Assembly: GCA_033762915.1 (NCBI GenBank)
Contig: JANRLD010000047.1
Coordinates: 25,861-89,860, forward strand
Source of the DNA: Meiothermus sp.
GTDB lineage: Bacteria > Deinococcota > Deinococci > Deinococcales > Thermaceae
DNA length: 64,000 nt
Direction: 5' to 3'
Each line of letters opens with the position of its first letter. Positions within the stretch are counted from its first letter, which is position 1. Under the pieces are notes generated by a model. The model was given only the letters and a program-made list of their open reading frames with translations. It was not told the DNA's origin and did no database searches. The translations under genes were made by a program, and so were the position numbers. Positions 53,001 through 61,148 of the stretch are shown here, piece after piece.

Positions 53001-53166
53001 CCGCACTGCGGCAGGCCAGGTTTTGCAGGGTCTGCCCTACCGCCCAGGTCTTGCCAATCCCCGACTCGCCCCAGGCCGCCAGCGCCACCCCGCGCCGCCT
53101 CGAGAGCACGCCCCCCAAGCGCTGCGCCAAGTAATCCGATAACGATTCGCCTGAAGGTACCATCAT
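50068..53166 (-). CDS. STAND-like AAA ATPase/TPR regulator with C-terminal SARP-type HTH-BTAD
   Basis: GESGIGKT, LVVEDLH, GNPLF, wHTH (HPLFRE), helical repeats, then ALKQLVYRLR and LEADPYD; likely start MMVPSG. Confidence 0.85.
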   Translation of the reverse strand: MMVPSGESLSDYLAQRLGGVLSRRRGVALAAWGESGIGKTWAVGQTLQNLACRSAVLEADAAYGALLSVLPKPPRLAVWAERSLERLARGELSQEQASTALAALLSGLAPFVLVVEDLHQSSPERLELWQKLAEAVLRSNGVALLATSRAAPPEPFEAVRLGPLGLETCQRILEEQTHLPLPLEATRWIYARAQGNPLFTLEYFRHLAREGYLWSDGKIWRWRQPSTNLMPDSVEALIAHSLSAALLSPLEQRVLQARAFLGQAYTPRLLGEILALSPEELALIYRRLEQAGVLEEEGFVHPLFREVACQELPPQQRRAFARSAIAALAEQPQQALEFLPESGLEPGEALALLDRAIALSDAHRAAHWTAQKIAYTPASERAALALSSARQMQEYSLSRALELVEQALGDPEQHLEAALLKAVLLSRLGRGAEAETLLWGLPKDRLQWLETLIQVRHNAHDYIGVLTLWEERPDDFSFHARALAARSLVQLRRLEEARALFEELLAQPISDPFEYAHLLYFQSFIPQFAGQYAEAEAGFTRFLERLETLDDGSARFQELRDGALQLRAYARNALERPGPATDDIQAALRRPAESGNGSLYAFRLAEYGLYQMEQGHFAQAEDAVTEALGVMERLGHKIYLSWVGRIAARLYLEWASPHGAALALRHARASLQYARAAQSPTFEAGGLFVSAWAEALHGRPEQALAALPELRRLAEETHQPAFVAGADWVQGLALERMGRVPEARAALEQALAGARPQPLGPSPERMALELDRLNQDRASADRRVQRWRQQGMLSSLEVARRYFPVAHAFPADQVPLDPSSEVHLQVLGAVQIQLNGVPISDRNRKAKEMLALLLEARLSGRGEVGPLELYDALYPEMSEEKAVSALKQLVYRLRSGLGAEVVLRTAGGYALGAVSSDAEAFLNTGNTRLWRGTYMHGLSQNSASLSADSLYSTLRDKAQALASSQPKEAARLGQILLEADPYDTQALVILVRAMQGQNPKTLVTLYEQARRRMLEVGERLPEHWQDFLARHP

Positions 53167-53450
53167 GGCTTGCTCCGCCCTAGCAACCCGCGATAATCGC
53201 TTATTGTACTTCTGCCCGTAATGCAAACACAATTCGAGAATAGGTCTGGACATACCCCGACGCCCGGACCGCCCCCCTTGCCCGCCCCTCCCCATGCGCC
53301 GGAGCCCCGCCCACGGAAGGCTGCCTGGAGCGCCCCGCGCAGGACGTCGGCAAAGGCCCGGAAGCCCGGGAGCGGGCGGTTCGCGGGCGTATTTGCGGGG
53401 TCCGGGGGCAGGAGCGGCACCAAAGCGGCGCCAGTTGTGTTGCGCCCAGG

Positions 53451-53543
53451 AGCGGTTCCCACGCATACTCCCTACGGCGCTAAAGCGGGCGGTTTTTGCT
53501 GTAGGGCGGTTCCCACGAACACTCGGTAGGGCGGTTTTTGCTG
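53451..53543 (-). repeat. Structured repeat, family 2, copy 3 (inverted)
   Basis: AGCGGTTCCCACGCATACTCCCTACGGCGCTAAAGCGGGCGGTTTTTGCTG is the near-exact reverse complement of the 3' half of copy 1. Confidence 0.75.
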
Positions 53544-53666
53544 GACCAAGTGCACCACTCCGCTGATTCTGTTGGCGAACTCCAAATCTGGGCGATAAAG
53601 CGAGGATTGAGATACCGATGAAGACACGACTTCTCGAGTTGCACCCCAACTTCGCCAACAGAATCT

Positions 53667-53737
53667 CCGCTTTAGCGCACGCTTTAGCGCCCGCTTTAGC
53701 GCAGCACCGTGGGCGGAGTATGGGTGGGAAACACGAG
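53667..53737 (+). repeat. Degenerate family 2 fragment with a 12-bp tandem triplication
   Basis: (CGCTTTAGCGC)x3 followed by GGAGTATGGGTGGGAAACACG. Confidence 0.55.
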
Positions 53738-53813
53738 GGGGCTTTGGGTGGCCGTACCTGGTGGCCCGGTCTTTATGCAGACCCCAAGACAGACTCGAGG
53801 AGGTCATGTCGAA

Positions 53814-53843
53814 GGCCGTTCGAACCTCGAGGTTCGAACGGCC
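53814..53843. repeat. Perfect 30-bp palindrome centred on CTCGAG
   Basis: GGCCGTTCGAACCTCGAGGTTCGAACGGCC, 27 bp after the glmU stop. Confidence 0.9.
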
Positions 53844-53870
53844 CCAAACTGGATGCAACCGAAGCGCCGG

Positions 53871-55241
53871 CTACTCCGACTCGCGCTTGCGCTTCATAAA
53901 GTCGTCCTTGTTCTCCTGCCGCGCGCGGGCTATCGCCAACGCGTCCTCGGGCACGTCCTTGTTGATGCCGCTGCCGCCCGCCACGAAGGCCCCGTCCCCG
54001 ATGGTGATGGGGGGAATCAGGGTCGAGTTGGAGCCGATGAACACACCCCGCCCGATCACGGTCTTGTGCTTGCGCTTGCCGTCGAAGTTGGCGGTGATGG
54101 TTCCGGCGCCGATGTTGGAGTCCTCCCCGATCTCGGCGTCGCCCAGGTACGAGACGTGCCCGGCCTTGACACCCCTCTTCAGGCGGGTGTTCTTGATCTC
54201 CACGAAGTTGCCGATGTGGACGCCCTCCTCCACCACCGTCCCAGCCCGCAACCGCGCAAACGGCCCCGCGTCGGAGCCCGCACCCAGGTGGGCGCTCTCG
54301 AGCACGCTGTGGCTCTTGACCCTGGCCCCCGCCTCGACCACCGCGTCGGTGAGGACGCTGTACGCCCCTACCTCGGCACCCTCGGCAATCTTGGTGCTGC
54401 CGCGCAGAATCACCCCCGGCCAAAGGGTTACGTCGGCCTCGAGCTGCACTGTGGGCTCGATGTATACCGTTTCGGGCCGGATGATCCGCACGCCCTGGGC
54501 CATCCAGTGGGCACATAGCCTCGAGATCAAGACCTGCTCGACCTGGGCCAGTTGCTGCCTCGAATTCACCCCCAGCAGTTCGCCGGGGTCGGTGGATTCG
54601 GTGGAGACCACCCGCTTACCGGCAGAGCGGTAGAGCTTTATGAGGTCGGGCAGGTAGTACTCCTTGGCAGCGTTGTTGTTGTCCACGGCCTCGAGCCTCT
54701 CCCAAACGGTGTGGTCGAAGCAGTAGACGCCGGGGTTGATCTCCCGGATGGCCCGCTGCTCGGGCGTGGCGTCCTTCTGCTCGACGTTGCGGACGATCTC
54801 GCCCTGCTCGTCGCGCAGAATCCGCCCGTACCCGCTGGGGTCATCGAGCTTCATGGTCAGCATCGCCATGCCCGCATCGCCAATGGCCTCGACTAAGCCG
54901 GTGAGGGTCTCTACCCTGGTTAGCGGCGTGTCCCCCTGCGTCACCACGACCGAGTTGGGGTAGCCGGCCAGGGCGGGCTTGGCCTGGGCCAGCGCGTGCG
55001 CGGTGCCGAGCTGCCGATCCTGGACAACGAACTCGAGGTTCTGGTATCCCGCGAAGGTCTTGCGCACCAGTTCGGCCCCATGGCCAATCACCACCACCAC
55101 CTTCTCGGCCCCGCTGGCGAAGGCGGTGTCGATGCAGTAACCCACCAGGGGCTTGCCCATCAGCGGGTGCAGCACCTTGGGCAGCTTCGATTTCATGCGG
55201 GTTCCCAAACCCGCCGCGAGGATAACGACCGCGTGTGCCAT
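53871..55241 (-). CDS. glmU: Bifunctional UDP-GlcNAc pyrophosphorylase/glucosamine-1-phosphate acetyltransferase
   Basis: LAAGLGTRMKS, GYGRI, EYYL.D, hexapeptide repeats, GNFVEIK. Confidence 0.97.
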   Translation of the reverse strand: MAHAVVILAAGLGTRMKSKLPKVLHPLMGKPLVGYCIDTAFASGAEKVVVVIGHGAELVRKTFAGYQNLEFVVQDRQLGTAHALAQAKPALAGYPNSVVVTQGDTPLTRVETLTGLVEAIGDAGMAMLTMKLDDPSGYGRILRDEQGEIVRNVEQKDATPEQRAIREINPGVYCFDHTVWERLEAVDNNNAAKEYYLPDLIKLYRSAGKRVVSTESTDPGELLGVNSRQQLAQVEQVLISRLCAHWMAQGVRIIRPETVYIEPTVQLEADVTLWPGVILRGSTKIAEGAEVGAYSVLTDAVVEAGARVKSHSVLESAHLGAGSDAGPFARLRAGTVVEEGVHIGNFVEIKNTRLKRGVKAGHVSYLGDAEIGEDSNIGAGTITANFDGKRKHKTVIGRGVFIGSNSTLIPPITIGDGAFVAGGSGINKDVPEDALAIARARQENKDDFMKRKRESE

Positions 55242-55330
55242 AGCCTCTAGATTGTATAGGGCGGGCGGGGCGGAGGGTGGTTACGGGGAGGCGGGGGCCG
55301 GGGTGGCCCCCGCCTTTGCTGTGCACCTCC

Positions 55331-56266
55331 CTACTTCTTCCGCTCGCTACGCCCCGGCTTGGGCTCGGAACCGGAGGGCACCGGGACGCCGCCGTAGCCG
55401 AGCAGGGGGGGGTTCTCCCTCGGCCCCTTCTTCCAGGTCAGGACGAAGTAGGCGGCCACGATGATGAGCGGGATGGAGATGATCTGGGTGGCGGTGAAGA
55501 GGCCGATGCCGGCCTCGGTGTTGGTGTAGACCGGGACCCACAGGGGGTTGAGGCGGAAGGTCTCCTCGAGGCCTGCCCGGAAGAGCGAGTACCAAAGCAC
55601 GAAATTCCAGAAGACGTAGCCGTAGGGCCGGTTCTGGCGCAGCCAGTAGAGGCACATCAGGAACAGCGCGATCCCGATCAGGATGCCGTAGAACTGGGTG
55701 AAGTGAACCGGGCCGCGCACGATGGCGTCGCTGGCGCACTTGGTGAACACCTCGCTGATGTCGTTAATGCCGGGGCAGACCCCAGGGAAGCCGCTGGCGG
55801 AGGCGGGCCAGGTGAAGCCAATGGGCCAGTTGGTCAGGCGGCCCACGGTGTCAGAGCCGTTCATGATGTTGCCCAGGCGGCCCAGCGCGATGGCGATCCC
55901 CACCCCCGGCGCGATGGCGTCGAAGTAGGCCAGGGCCGGGGCCTTGTAGCGGTAGAGCGCCCAGATGAAGGGCACCATCCCGAACAGCAGGCCGCCGTGA
56001 ATCGAGATGCCGCCCTGCCAAATCTGGAAGATTTTCACCGGGTCGTTCACGAACTCCGAGGGGCTGGTGACCACGTAGAACAGCCGCGCCCCCACCACCC
56101 CCCAGATCACCGCCCAGAAGCCGATCTGCTCGAGCTGATCCGCATCCAAGCCCCAGCTCTTTACGATGCGCTTGGATATCTCAAAGGAGGCGAAAATGCC
56201 GATCACCATGAATAGGCCGTACCAGTAAATCTTCAGCGGCCCGAGTTCGATCATTACCGGATCCAT
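55331..56266 (-). CDS. lgt: Prolipoprotein diacylglyceryl transferase
   Basis: WYG, GARLFYV, GG.S.HGG, GRLGN, H.TQ.Y. Confidence 0.95.
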   Translation of the reverse strand: MDPVMIELGPLKIYWYGLFMVIGIFASFEISKRIVKSWGLDADQLEQIGFWAVIWGVVGARLFYVVTSPSEFVNDPVKIFQIWQGGISIHGGLLFGMVPFIWALYRYKAPALAYFDAIAPGVGIAIALGRLGNIMNGSDTVGRLTNWPIGFTWPASASGFPGVCPGINDISEVFTKCASDAIVRGPVHFTQFYGILIGIALFLMCLYWLRQNRPYGYVFWNFVLWYSLFRAGLEETFRLNPLWVPVYTNTEAGIGLFTATQIISIPLIIVAAYFVLTWKKGPRENPPLLGYGGVPVPSGSEPKPGRSERKK

Positions 56267-56360
56267 ATAAGCTCCTTCTTGGGTTTGGGGGTTGGGAGCT
56301 GGTCGACGCTGAGCTTCACGCTTAATGTTCGGCCCTCGACATTGCCCACACCCTTGGCCC

Positions 56361-56588
56361 TCAACGGTCAACCTTCAACTTTTTCTCTAACCGCTCGGGG
56401 GTGAACTTCCCCTCGAGCACCACCTTGCCGTCCAAGAGCAGCACCGGGACGCGGAAGGTGAACTGTTTTCTGAGGTCCTCGTCGGCGTCCACGTCCTGCC
56501 AGTTGTACTCCAGGCCGCTGGCGCGCAGCAGCGCCTCGGCCTCCTCGCAGAGGTGACAGCCCTTGCGGCTGACTAGGGCGTAGGCCAT
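56361..56588 (-). CDS. Glutaredoxin-like protein (DUF836)
   Basis: SRKGCHLC, DVD.D..L, RVPVL. Confidence 0.88.
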   Translation of the reverse strand: MAYALVSRKGCHLCEEAEALLRASGLEYNWQDVDADEDLRKQFTFRVPVLLLDGKVVLEGKFTPERLEKKLKVDR

Positions 56589-56923
56589 ACCACACCACGG
56601 GGCGGGGCGCGAGAGTCTACCCAGCCTGCCACATTCGGCGAGGCCGCGGCGACCCAGAAGAGAACCGTCACCAGCAGGGCCAACACAAGGCCCAGGCCGG
56701 GGCTGTCGGGCACTAGGCCGAGGCCGGTCTGGGCCGGGAGCACCAGGCTTAAGGTCTCGAGGCTGTGCCCCTGGGTGGTCTGGCTGCTGCAAGAGGTCTC
56801 GTGGCAGACCCCCAAGACGATGTACTGAATCGTCTGGGTCACGACCTGGCGGGTCTCGGCGTTGCAGGTCAGCAGCACCAAGAGCAGCGGCAGGAGGCGC
56901 CAGTCGAAACGTCTCGAGGCCAT
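56573..56923 (-). CDS. Small exported/membrane protein with Cys/His residues and a C-terminal RAPP motif
   Basis: Host-like codon usage; TAATAT just upstream (GTG at 56926 is an alternative start); hydrophobic N-terminus ending LLTC; second hydrophobic segment; SRAPPRG near the stop. Confidence 0.65.
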   Translation of the reverse strand: MASRRFDWRLLPLLLVLLTCNAETRQVVTQTIQYIVLGVCHETSCSSQTTQGHSLETLSLVLPAQTGLGLVPDSPGLGLVLALLVTVLFWVAAASPNVAGWVDSRAPPRGVVWPTP

Positions 56924-57041
56924 CACGGGTTCAATATTACCACTGGCCTTTGTCTCCCTGGTTGGTATGTGGCTGCGGGCTTCGGGCCTCATCGAGCGGG
57001 CCGGGGGGACCAACAGGAACACCGGATGTTCACCAAAGAAC

Positions 57042-57074
57042 TTGACATATTGTTGTATATGTACAACAATATGT
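57042..57074 (+). promoter_or_regulatory. XRE-gene promoter with 30-bp palindromic operator
   Basis: TTGACA overlapped by ACATATTGTTGTA-tatg-TACAACAATATGT. Confidence 0.8.
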
Positions 57075-57110
57075 ATCAAGATGACTGCCAAGCGTAATAC
57101 CAAGGAGAAG

Positions 57111-57356
57111 ATGGTCATCTACAACCGCTTACCGGTGTTGCGGGCCGAGCGGGGGCTGAGTCGGCAGGAGTTGGCCGACGCGGTAGGGGTGAACTTCCAG
57201 ACCGTGGGCTACCTCGAGCGCGGCGACTACACCCCCAGCCTCGAGCTGGCCTTCAAGCTCTCCGAGTACTTTGGCCTGCCCGTCGAAGCCATCTTCTCCA
57301 ACCGCCCCTTCAAACCCCTAAGTGAGCAGATGTACAAGAAAACGGAGGTTCGATAA
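57111..57356 (+). CDS. XRE/Cro-family HTH regulator
   Basis: NRL..LRAERGLSRQELADAVGV..QT.GYLERG.Y.PSLELA; AAGGAG RBS; ATG at 57081 is an alternative start. Confidence 0.92.
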   Translation: MVIYNRLPVLRAERGLSRQELADAVGVNFQTVGYLERGDYTPSLELAFKLSEYFGLPVEAIFSNRPFKPLSEQMYKKTEVR

Positions 57357-57829
57357 TGATGAAAGCCCAAGATCTGCCCAAAGTTTATTTATCCAAAAAC
57401 CTGCGTTGTGCCTTGGTGGGTCTGCAATACATCTTGCTTCCTATCTCGACTACCTTGATGCTCTCGACCCCCGCCAAGAGTTGGGACTGGATCATGCTGG
57501 TGGTGTTTGTCGTGGTTATGGCGGCCTCGATGTTTGTGCACACCACCCTGGCACTTTCTATTGGGAACATCTGTCAAGGTCGCCTCGATCGCCTGGACGA
57601 ACGTGAGCGGACCATGCGCGATGCAACATTTGTGACGGCTTTTGAAATCGTCAAGGCAGTGCTCTCGGTAGCCTGGATTTACGGAGTGCTGGCCTTCTTT
57701 CTGGGCTGGTGGTTACCCCAAGGCCAGCAAATCTGGATACTGCTATGGATGTTCGCCATGATGGCCTACGGCTTACCGACCTCGGTTGCAGCCTTCACCA
57801 TGCCCGAGACCCCTCGAGACAGCATCTAA
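57356..57829 (+). CDS. Four-TM membrane protein with LDERE motif
   Basis: Coupled to the XRE gene; LDERER..RD.....A pattern. Confidence 0.7.
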   Translation: MMKAQDLPKVYLSKNLRCALVGLQYILLPISTTLMLSTPAKSWDWIMLVVFVVVMAASMFVHTTLALSIGNICQGRLDRLDERERTMRDATFVTAFEIVKAVLSVAWIYGVLAFFLGWWLPQGQQIWILLWMFAMMAYGLPTSVAAFTMPETPRDSI

Positions 57830-57851
57830 TCCTATCCCTGAGGAGACACCT

Positions 57852-58310
57852 GTGATTACCTTTCCGTTACAGCGCAAGCGTCGGCAACTGGTCGGGCTAT
57901 GTTTTGGCAGTGCCATCATGACAGTTGTGCTAGGGCTGCTTAAGCTCCTTGTCCTCCCAGCAGCACTGGATTTGACCCTGAGCCTTCTGATCGTGCTCGG
58001 TCTTGTGGTCTCGTTCTTAGCCATGCTGCAACTCCTTCAAGGGCACAAGCTGGGCATTAGCGATGGCCCGGATGCCGAGTTGGACGAGCGCCAGTTGCAG
58101 GTTCGCAATCTCGCTTACCTCAATGCCTACCGTATTTTGGCGGCTTTGGTGGTACTGCTTCTGGCCGGGGCCTCGGTCTTCTGGGTCTATGTGCGCCAAC
58201 TGCCCGACAGCATTGCCCTCACGTCCTTCTTCTGGCTGATCATCCTGACGGCTGTCGCCCTGCCCAACGCGCTGCTGGCCTGGCTCGAGCCCGACCCGGT
58301 GGGCGCATAG
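57852..58310 (+). CDS. Four-TM membrane protein, paralog of the upstream gene
   Basis: GAGGAG RBS and GTG start; LDERQ...R..AY..AY, LP....AW.EPD. Confidence 0.7.
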   Translation: MITFPLQRKRRQLVGLCFGSAIMTVVLGLLKLLVLPAALDLTLSLLIVLGLVVSFLAMLQLLQGHKLGISDGPDAELDERQLQVRNLAYLNAYRILAALVVLLLAGASVFWVYVRQLPDSIALTSFFWLIILTAVALPNALLAWLEPDPVGA

Positions 58311-58344
58311 CCCGCCGAGGCCGGCGAACACCACGGCTACGTCG

Positions 58345-58421
58345 CCGGTGCAAGCACGGGCGCAACTCCTTAGCCGGCGTTTCGGGGCGGCATCTCGCAG
58401 ATCAACCATTCGGACGCTTAG
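58345..58421 (+). repeat. Degenerate family 1 element
   Basis: GGGCGGCATCTCGC..CAACCATTCGGACGCTTAG resembles the family 1 right end; CCGGTGCAAGCACGGGC is identical to 12861-12877. Confidence 0.45.
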
Positions 58422-58530
58422 CCCTGAGTTTTTCGTGGCGAGTCTGCCAAGCCCGACTCCCGGCGCAGTCCGCCGGGAGAGCCCTCTGGAGGGCTCGGCA
58501 AACCCATCAGGGCCAGACCTATCCGACCTA

Positions 58531-58779
58531 TCACTTGTCCGAGTCTTGCCGCCCCTGGATTTGCTTCCGGCGCCACTCGAGCAGCCCGAAGCTCACCGGC
58601 GCGACCAAGGCCAGCAGTGCAAGCGCCGGCCTTCCCTGCCAGACCGCAAAGCCCACGATAAGGGCGGAGAACACCCCCAACACCCACCACGGCCCGAACC
58701 TCACCACCGCCAGCCCCAATAGCCGCGCCCCGAACACCCCCAGCAGGGTGCCCACGAGCAGGAAGAGAACGGCCTCCAT
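58531..58779 (-). CDS. Small membrane protein
   Basis: Three hydrophobic segments and a basic tail. Confidence 0.55.
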   Translation of the reverse strand: MEAVLFLLVGTLLGVFGARLLGLAVVRFGPWWVLGVFSALIVGFAVWQGRPALALLALVAPVSFGLLEWRRKQIQGRQDSDK

Positions 58780-58811
58780 AAGGTCAGCGAACGGCAGCGG
58801 TCAGATAAACT

Positions 58812-58934
58812 CTACGCGTCTCACAGGGGAAATGCCAAACATCCCCACGCAGTACCCGGATTGCCTCTGTGCTCGCAGCAGAGCCGGGCGACACCGGTTT
58901 CGCCCATCCCACGAATGCACCCCGGCGCATATTA
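58812..58934 (-). repeat. Degenerate family 1 element abutting the purU stop
   Basis: Minus-strand ends TAATATGCGCCGGGG ... GGCATTTC....GAGACGCGTAG. Confidence 0.45.
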
Positions 58935-59795
58935 GCTAAACACTACCGTCTTATTCCCGTACACGATCACCCTGTCCTCGAGGTGCCACAACACCGCCCT
59001 CGCCAGCACGGTGCGCTCGAGGTCGCGGCCCAGGCGCACCAGCTCTTCTACGTCCTGGCGGTGCGAGACCCTGGCCACGTCCTGCTCGATGATGGGGCCT
59101 TCGTCGAGGTCACTGGTCACGTAGTGGGCGGTGGCCCCGATCAGCTTGACGCCCCGCGTGTAGGCCTGCCTGTACGGGTTCGCGCCGATGAAGGCGGGCA
59201 GGAAGGAGTGGTGAATGTTGATGATGCGGTGAGGGTAGTGGCCCACGAAGTTGGCGGTGAGGATCTGCATGTACCGCGCCAGCACCGCCAGGTCGGTCTT
59301 GCCCTCCATCAGCTCGAGGATTCTGGCCTCAGCCTCCTCCTTCTTATCCTTCTCGACCGGGACGTGGTGGTAGGGAATCCCGAAGCGCTCGACCTCGAGG
59401 CGCAGGTCGGGGTGGTTGGAGATGACCTGGGTGATATCGCAGGGCAGCTCGCCGTTGGCCGAGCGCCAGAGCAGCTCCAGGAGGGCGTGGTCGTACTTGG
59501 AGACCAGGATGGTCAGCTTCTTCCGGTAGGCCGCGTAGCTGATCTTCCAGGTCATTTCGAAGCGGGCCACCACCGAGGTGGCGAAGGACTTCTCAAGCAG
59601 CTCCCGCGAGATGTCCAGGTGTGGGGTCTGGAATTCCAGGCGCATGAAGAACAGCCCGCCCTCGGGGTCGGTGGAGTGCTGGTCGAGGGCAGTGATGTTG
59701 GCCCCGTGATTGAACAGGAAGCTCGAGACGGCGGCCACGATGCCGGGCCGATCGGGGCAGGTGATGAGCAGTCGGGCAGTGGTTTCGGTATGCAT
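58932..59795 (-). CDS. purU: Formyltetrahydrofolate deformylase
   Basis: ACT domain [41 protein letters not shown]. Confidence 0.97.
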   Translation of the reverse strand: MHTETTARLLITCPDRPGIVAAVSSFLFNHGANITALDQHSTDPEGGLFFMRLEFQTPHLDISRELLEKSFATSVVARFEMTWKISYAAYRKKLTILVSKYDHALLELLWRSANGELPCDITQVISNHPDLRLEVERFGIPYHHVPVEKDKKEEAEARILELMEGKTDLAVLARYMQILTANFVGHYPHRIINIHHSFLPAFIGANPYRQAYTRGVKLIGATAHYVTSDLDEGPIIEQDVARVSHRQDVEELVRLGRDLERTVLARAVLWHLEDRVIVYGNKTVVFS

Positions 59796-59919
59796 AGGCG
59801 GGAAACGGGGAACAGGGAACAGGACGGGCGGTCGGGTTTTTTCCCGGTGCCCTGTACCCCGGCCCTTAACCCAGCGGTATAGCCTAACATCCCGGCCCGC
59901 CGAAGGTACAATAGCCTGG

Positions 59920-60405
59920 ATGAACTTCAAGACGACCGACCTGTGTGACGAGTACCTCGAGCACGAGCACCTCCAGGTGGCTGAGCCGGTCTTCCGGGAT
60001 TTCGGGGGTGTGCGGCGCTTCTTTGGCGAAATTGTGACCCTCAAGGTGTTGCACGACAACGCCCTGATCCGCCAGACCCTGGAGGTCAAGGGCGGCGGGC
60101 ACGTGCTGGTGGTGGACGGCGGCGGCTCAATCAAGCGGGCCCTGCTGGGTGACCAGTTGGCCGAGCTGGGGGCCAAGAACGGCTGGGCCGGGGTAATCAT
60201 CAACGGGGCCATCCGCGACGCCGACGAGCTGGCTACCGTCCCCATCGGGGTCAAGGCCCTGGCCACCTGCCCGGTGCGCAGCGAGAAGAAGGGGCTCGGG
60301 CAGAACGACGTGCTGCTGCGCTTCGCCGGGATCACCTTCACCCCCGGACACTTTGTCTACGCCGACGCCGACGGCATCGTGGTATCGCCCAAGGTACTGC
60401 ATTAG
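59920..60405 (+). CDS. rraA: RraA family protein (RNase E regulator/HMG aldolase)
   Basis: [34 protein letters not shown]. Confidence 0.93.
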   Translation: MNFKTTDLCDEYLEHEHLQVAEPVFRDFGGVRRFFGEIVTLKVLHDNALIRQTLEVKGGGHVLVVDGGGSIKRALLGDQLAELGAKNGWAGVIINGAIRDADELATVPIGVKALATCPVRSEKKGLGQNDVLLRFAGITFTPGHFVYADADGIVVSPKVLH

Positions 60406-60494
60406 ATCATAGTGAGATGCGAAACGCCCAACGTTCGGGCCCAATTCACCGGGGAACTACACTTTCTCGGACTGATTTGCGGCAACGTGTACTC

Positions 60495-61046
60495 ATGCGA
60501 AACCTGGCCTTAGCTTCTCTTTGCTCATTCCTGCTTTCCCTTTCCTCCCTCGCGCTGGCCCACCAGCCCTTCTGGAACGCGGGTTCGCCCACACTGGCCC
60601 AGGCCTACCGGGTGCTCGAGCCCACCGTCTCCAAGGTGGTCACCGGCAACCTCGCGGCGGGCCAGTTGGCCTTCTACGCCTTCGAGGTGGCGGCGGGCTT
60701 CGTGCTGGACCTGGGAATTTTTGTGGGCGCGGCCTGCCCCAGCGGCTACGCCCCGCGCATGTGGCTGGTTGGAAAGTCCTTACCGAAGGCCCAGGCCCCC
60801 TTTGCGCTGCCCGAGGGCATGGGCGCTAAGGTCTTCGAGGGCGGCTGGCAGCCCTACCAGGGCCACGGCCTGGTGGCCCGTAAAGGGCCGGAGTTCCGCG
60901 AGCGGCTGGCAGGTGGTACCTACTACGTGGTGGTTGAGGCAGGGGGCGCGGCAGGCTACTACATGATCTCGCTGGGCGGCTCGGAAATCCCCGGCGGGAC
61001 GGCGGAGGGGCGGGCGGCGCTGGGGCGGTTTAACCGGTGCGGGTAG
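60495..61046 (+). CDS. Hypothetical exported protein
   Basis: Signal peptide ending ALA; mature protein begins HQP; beta-rich with GTYYVVVE. Confidence 0.7.
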   Translation: MRNLALASLCSFLLSLSSLALAHQPFWNAGSPTLAQAYRVLEPTVSKVVTGNLAAGQLAFYAFEVAAGFVLDLGIFVGAACPSGYAPRMWLVGKSLPKAQAPFALPEGMGAKVFEGGWQPYQGHGLVARKGPEFRERLAGGTYYVVVEAGGAAGYYMISLGGSEIPGGTAEGRAALGRFNRCG

Positions 61047-61148
61047 GCCCGGGCAGAGGCAAGGAAGCAGGAAAAACCAGAAAAGCTCACAGCTGATCGC
61101 TTTGCACTGAAATGCGACCTCTGAGCGCTGTGGCCTTATCATTTTCTG

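Noticed and set aside
53167..53658. 164-aa N-terminal extension of the STAND regulator
   Set aside because: It runs through family 2 repeat DNA, has non-protein-like composition, and there is a better start at 53166
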